Below are positions 60,735 to 64,000 of a stretch of DNA of 64,000 bases, piece by piece. Origin of the DNA: Myxococcota bacterium (GTDB lineage: Bacteria; Myxococcota_A; Polyangia; Nannocystales; Nannocystaceae); the NCBI GenBank assembly GCA_039194325.1, contig JBCCWC010000012.1, positions 32,001 to 96,000 of the forward strand, in the 5' to 3' direction. A model generated the notes under the pieces. That model ran no database searches and was not told the origin of the DNA. It saw only the letters and a list, made by a program, of their open reading frames with translations. The translations under genes and the position numbers were made by a program. Every line of letters begins with the position of its first letter. Position 1 is the stretch's first letter.

Positions 60735-61616
60735 TTAGGTCGGCCGACAGACCCCGCCGAACTCGGGCTGGTCCTCAAAGAAGAGCACGCAGGTCTCGTC
60801 GGGCGCAACGCAGGTGGGCATCGCCTCGGTGCCGATGCAAAGCGCTCGGCACACCCCCATACCCGTGCTGGGATCGACCTCATCGCAAAACGCAGTGAGC
60901 TCACAGTCATCGTAGATCGACTCGGCCTCGCAAGGCTCGCCGGCCGAGCCCAACGACTCGGCGAGCGGATAGGCGCAGTGGGTGTAGGGCAGCGGCTCAT
61001 AGTCCTCGTCGAGTGCAGGCACGCACTTTTCCACCGGGCCGCAGATCACCTGTGGGTCGGTCCAGAAGTCACAGGTATACGGAATGAAGGGATTGACCCC
61101 ACAGATGAAATCGCTGTCGACCAGACAGCCGCAGCCACTGCCTTCATCATACGGTGAGTTGCAAAGCGCAAGCGTACACGCGAGATCGTGGGAGAGGTTG
61201 TCGTCGCAGGCCTCGGGGCGCTCGGCCACGCACTCGATGATATACGGCGGCTCCGGAGAATCCTCGCAGAAGATGCAGACCTTCTGGTTGAAGTTCTGCA
61301 CGCAGATCTCCGAATCGGCACAGATGTCGCAGTCGGGGAATTCGACCCCGGTGCTCGTCTCGCCCGTCGAGCCGGTGCTGCCGGTCGAGCTCGCTCCGTC
61401 CGCCGCGGTCGGGTCCGAGCCCGGGCTCTCGGTCGAGCCGCCCAGACCATCGGTGGTGTCCTGCGCCGGCCCGGGCCGGTTCCCGGAGGTCATCCCCCCG
61501 CCCCCCGTGTCCGCCATCCCCACGGGCTGACTGGAGGGTAGACACGCCCCGACCAGGGCAACCCCCCAAAGACCGAGCCACGAGCGAGAACCACGATGAT
61601 GACGAGCCATGTTCAT
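60735..61616 (-). CDS. Cys-rich lipoprotein
   Basis: VGAC lipobox, Ser/Thr linker, many Cys. Confidence 0.8.
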   Translation of the reverse strand: MNMARHHRGSRSWLGLWGVALVGACLPSSQPVGMADTGGGGMTSGNRPGPAQDTTDGLGGSTESPGSDPTAADGASSTGSTGSTGETSTGVEFPDCDICADSEICVQNFNQKVCIFCEDSPEPPYIIECVAERPEACDDNLSHDLACTLALCNSPYDEGSGCGCLVDSDFICGVNPFIPYTCDFWTDPQVICGPVEKCVPALDEDYEPLPYTHCAYPLAESLGSAGEPCEAESIYDDCELTAFCDEVDPSTGMGVCRALCIGTEAMPTCVAPDETCVLFFEDQPEFGGVCRPT

Positions 61617-61619
61617 GAC

Positions 61620-62909
61620 TCATCGAGCGCCACCGACTCGGTCATCCGTCACGGCGGCTGCCCGAAGTCGGCCGAGGCGCGCGGCCAGCTGCTCCCGCTC
61701 GTCACGAAGGATCCCCTCGGCAAAGCGACGCTCATGGTCGGCGAGACGTCGGGCCGCCTCGTCGAGATCCCCTGCGTCGAGGTGCACGACCGCATCCTCG
61801 AGAATGCGAGCTTCGGGCCCCAGCGTGGAGCCCCCGCCCGAGTCGGGGTTCGAGCTCCGGCCCGAGTTCCGGCCCGAGCTCCCGGTCGAGCCACGACCCG
61901 CTCCTCGGGCGGATCCCGAGTGCCGAGAACCCGGCTCGACCGCCCGAGCTCGACGCCGCGGGATGCTCGGGTTCGACGCTCGCTCGACCTCGGGGATCTC
62001 ACCCGAACGCAAGGCGGCGACGGGCGCGGGCACGGGCGCGCCGCGGGATGATCTCGGGGTGATCACAGGAGGCGGGACGGCACTCACGCTCGCCCGCTCG
62101 CCCGCGTCGACCGAGCGCGTGGTCGCAGCCGAGTCTGGCGACGAACCCGCTCGCCCTGCGCCAGTGACCAAGCCGATCACCAAGGCACCAGCGACCGCCG
62201 ATCCGGCAAGCACACCCCCCCAGCCGGGACGAACCAAGGTCGCGGGTGCAACGACGGGACCCGAGCCAAGCCCGACCCGAGCGGCCACCAGGACCCAGGT
62301 GCGCCGCGCCTGCCGGGGCGAAGGGCGACCGGCCCGGCGCGCCGCGGTCACCGCTTCGCGCGGCTCGGCGACGGCCTGGGCCAGCTTGCGACGGGCGAGG
62401 CGAAGCCGCGAGTACACCGTGTTCAGCTTGGTCCCCAGCACCTCGGCCGCCTCCGATGCGGTCAGCCCGTGCAGCTCGATGAGGGCAAAGGCTTCGCGCT
62501 GGCGGGGCTCGATCGTCTGCAGGCACCGAACCACCCGCCGCAGAGCCGCTCGATCGTCGAGCCGCGACTCCGCCTCACAAGGCCGCTCGGGAGTCGAGCC
62601 GCCAAGCCGCTGCAGCCGCGCTCGGCGGCGAGCGTCGGCTCGCCGGTGGGTATGACACACGCTCCGGGTGACGCCGACGATCCAGCGCCGCAGGCCCGGG
62701 CCTGGCGGAGCCTGGCTCAGACGGCGATGGATCGCGACGAAGACGTCCTGGACGACATCATCGACCGCGTGCTCGGACACATGACCGCGCACGATCCACG
62801 CCACCATTGGGTGATGACGCTCGTAGAGGATCTGGAGATCCAGCGGCTCGTCGCTCGGTGATGTCGCCACGGTAAGGGATAGAGCGCCGCGCTCCCCCCG
62901 GTCCGTCAC
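61620..62909 (-). CDS. ECF sigma factor fused to a TM/anti-sigma-like C-terminus
   Basis: DDVVQDVF, EAAEVLGTKLNTVYSRLRLARRKL, then a TM segment and GPEARILEDA...RFAEGILRDERE; GTG start overlaps the upstream stop. Confidence 0.8.
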   Translation of the reverse strand: MTDRGERGALSLTVATSPSDEPLDLQILYERHHPMVAWIVRGHVSEHAVDDVVQDVFVAIHRRLSQAPPGPGLRRWIVGVTRSVCHTHRRADARRRARLQRLGGSTPERPCEAESRLDDRAALRRVVRCLQTIEPRQREAFALIELHGLTASEAAEVLGTKLNTVYSRLRLARRKLAQAVAEPREAVTAARRAGRPSPRQARRTWVLVAARVGLGSGPVVAPATLVRPGWGGVLAGSAVAGALVIGLVTGAGRAGSSPDSAATTRSVDAGERASVSAVPPPVITPRSSRGAPVPAPVAALRSGEIPEVERASNPSIPRRRARAVEPGSRHSGSARGAGRGSTGSSGRNSGRSSNPDSGGGSTLGPEARILEDAVVHLDAGDLDEAARRLADHERRFAEGILRDEREQLAARLGRLRAAAVTDDRVGGAR

Positions 62910-64000
62910 GGTAATCTCACCTCGAGCCCGCCCAGGGCCAGGCCGCTGACGGCCGGCAGCCGGTAGGGCTCTACCGGGCCCCGAGCAGCCTGCACGTGGA
63001 ACGCAGGCCGACGCAAGGAGACCGCGCCGCCCAGCGTCGCGCGTAGAGCGAGCCAGTCCAGGGGCGCCCAGCCGATCCCGGCCTCCACGGGCAACCCCCA
63101 CCACAGCTGCGTGCGGGTGCGCGACGTCAGGACCGGACCCGATGCGGTACCGATGGCCGCCCCCAACGCGACCCCGGCACACAGCGGCAGGTCGATCGAC
63201 CCGCGCGCGAACACGCCACAGCCCACCAGCTCGCCGCGGGTCAGCGAAGCACGCACCCGCAGGCCGTCGGTCCCCGGCGTGGATCGGGTGAATGCATGAT
63301 GAGCACGCAGCTCGGCCCGCGCCCAGGGCCACCGCAGCGCCACCCCCCCGCGGATCGCCCCCGTTCCCCGCGGGGTCGCCCCAAACTCGCCGCCGCCCAT
63401 GATGAAGGCGGCCCCTCGCGGGCGGTACCGCGCGTCCGTAGACCCGGGCGCGCGCTCGGGCGGCGGAGGTGGTGGGGGCACACGCTCGGCGCCACGGACC
63501 GCAGTGGAGATCGGCCTCGCGAGCTCGCGACCTGCGTCCTCGTCGGACGGCTGCGGCTCACCGCTCGCCGGGCCTACTGCGGGGCTAGGCAACCGTACCG
63601 GTTCGAGCGCCGATTCGGGCGCCGACGCAAAGTCGGGAGATGACAACTGAGCCACAACCACGATCGCGCCCGCCCTCATCAGTTCGTCGCAGCGCGGACC
63701 CTCCAGCTCACGAACGACGAGCGACCGGGGCGAGCGCAGCTCGAGCCGCAACGCGTGGCCCTCCGCGGTCGGTAACACCTGGCCATCGATCGCGACCCCG
63801 GCCTCGGCCGATAGCCGCAGCCGGTGTCCAACCAGCCCCTCGATGGCTCCTACAAAGCCCGCGCGATCGGGGCACGCCGATGGGGCCGACCACCGAACGT
63901 CGACCATGAACGAGGCGGGTGCCGGCGCCGTCGGGGTCGTCTTAACCGGCGCGATCAGCGCCGACCGTTCGATAATCGGCGCGGCCGGCGCCATCGGCGC
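62906..64000 (-). CDS. Hypothetical exported protein (5' end probably outside the window)
   Basis: WSAPSACPD, C-terminal alternating beta-strand pattern ending GLEVRLP; frame open to the window end. Confidence 0.7.
   Translation of the reverse strand, partial: APMAPAAPIIERSALIAPVKTTPTAPAPASFMVDVRWSAPSACPDRAGFVGAIEGLVGHRLRLSAEAGVAIDGQVLPTAEGHALRLELRSPRSLVVRELEGPRCDELMRAGAIVVVAQLSSPDFASAPESALEPVRLPSPAVGPASGEPQPSDEDAGRELARPISTAVRGAERVPPPPPPPERAPGSTDARYRPRGAAFIMGGGEFGATPRGTGAIRGGVALRWPWARAELRAHHAFTRSTPGTDGLRVRASLTRGELVGCGVFARGSIDLPLCAGVALGAAIGTASGPVLTSRTRTQLWWGLPVEAGIGWAPLDWLALRATLGGAVSLRRPAFHVQAARGPVEPYRLPAVSGLALGGLEVRLP

Overview
High-GC window that looks myxobacterial (Nannocystaceae-like), judging by its Ser/Thr kinase-TPR proteins, PEGA, vWA and Cys-rich lipoproteins, ECF sigma factors and sigma-54 system. 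Recognisable genes: hutU, an ArmA/Rmt/FmrO-type 16S rRNA G1405 methyltransferase, rsmI, an atypical TGT, PhzF, a MacB-type ABC exporter with three adaptors, a molybdate ABC operon with its regulator, and GST plus DJ-1/PfpI. Two segments are visibly poorer in GC: an ABC/AAA_21-type ATPase + DUF4276/TOPRIM-like pair (candidate defence module) and an orphan P-loop ATPase with a truncated coupled partner. Best leads: (1) the G1405 methyltransferase-42-bp array-RsmI-ATPase/TOPRIM locus; (2) a highly base-paired ~130-nt leader in front of an uncharacterised 182-aa protein (22186-22870); (3) a CxxCH/lipoprotein/Tat cassette and an exported PPDK_N lipoprotein. Several deletion scars and many short tandem repeats are also present. 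I saw no tRNA, rRNA, CRISPR array or transposase. Family assignments come from motif recognition only; no database search was run.
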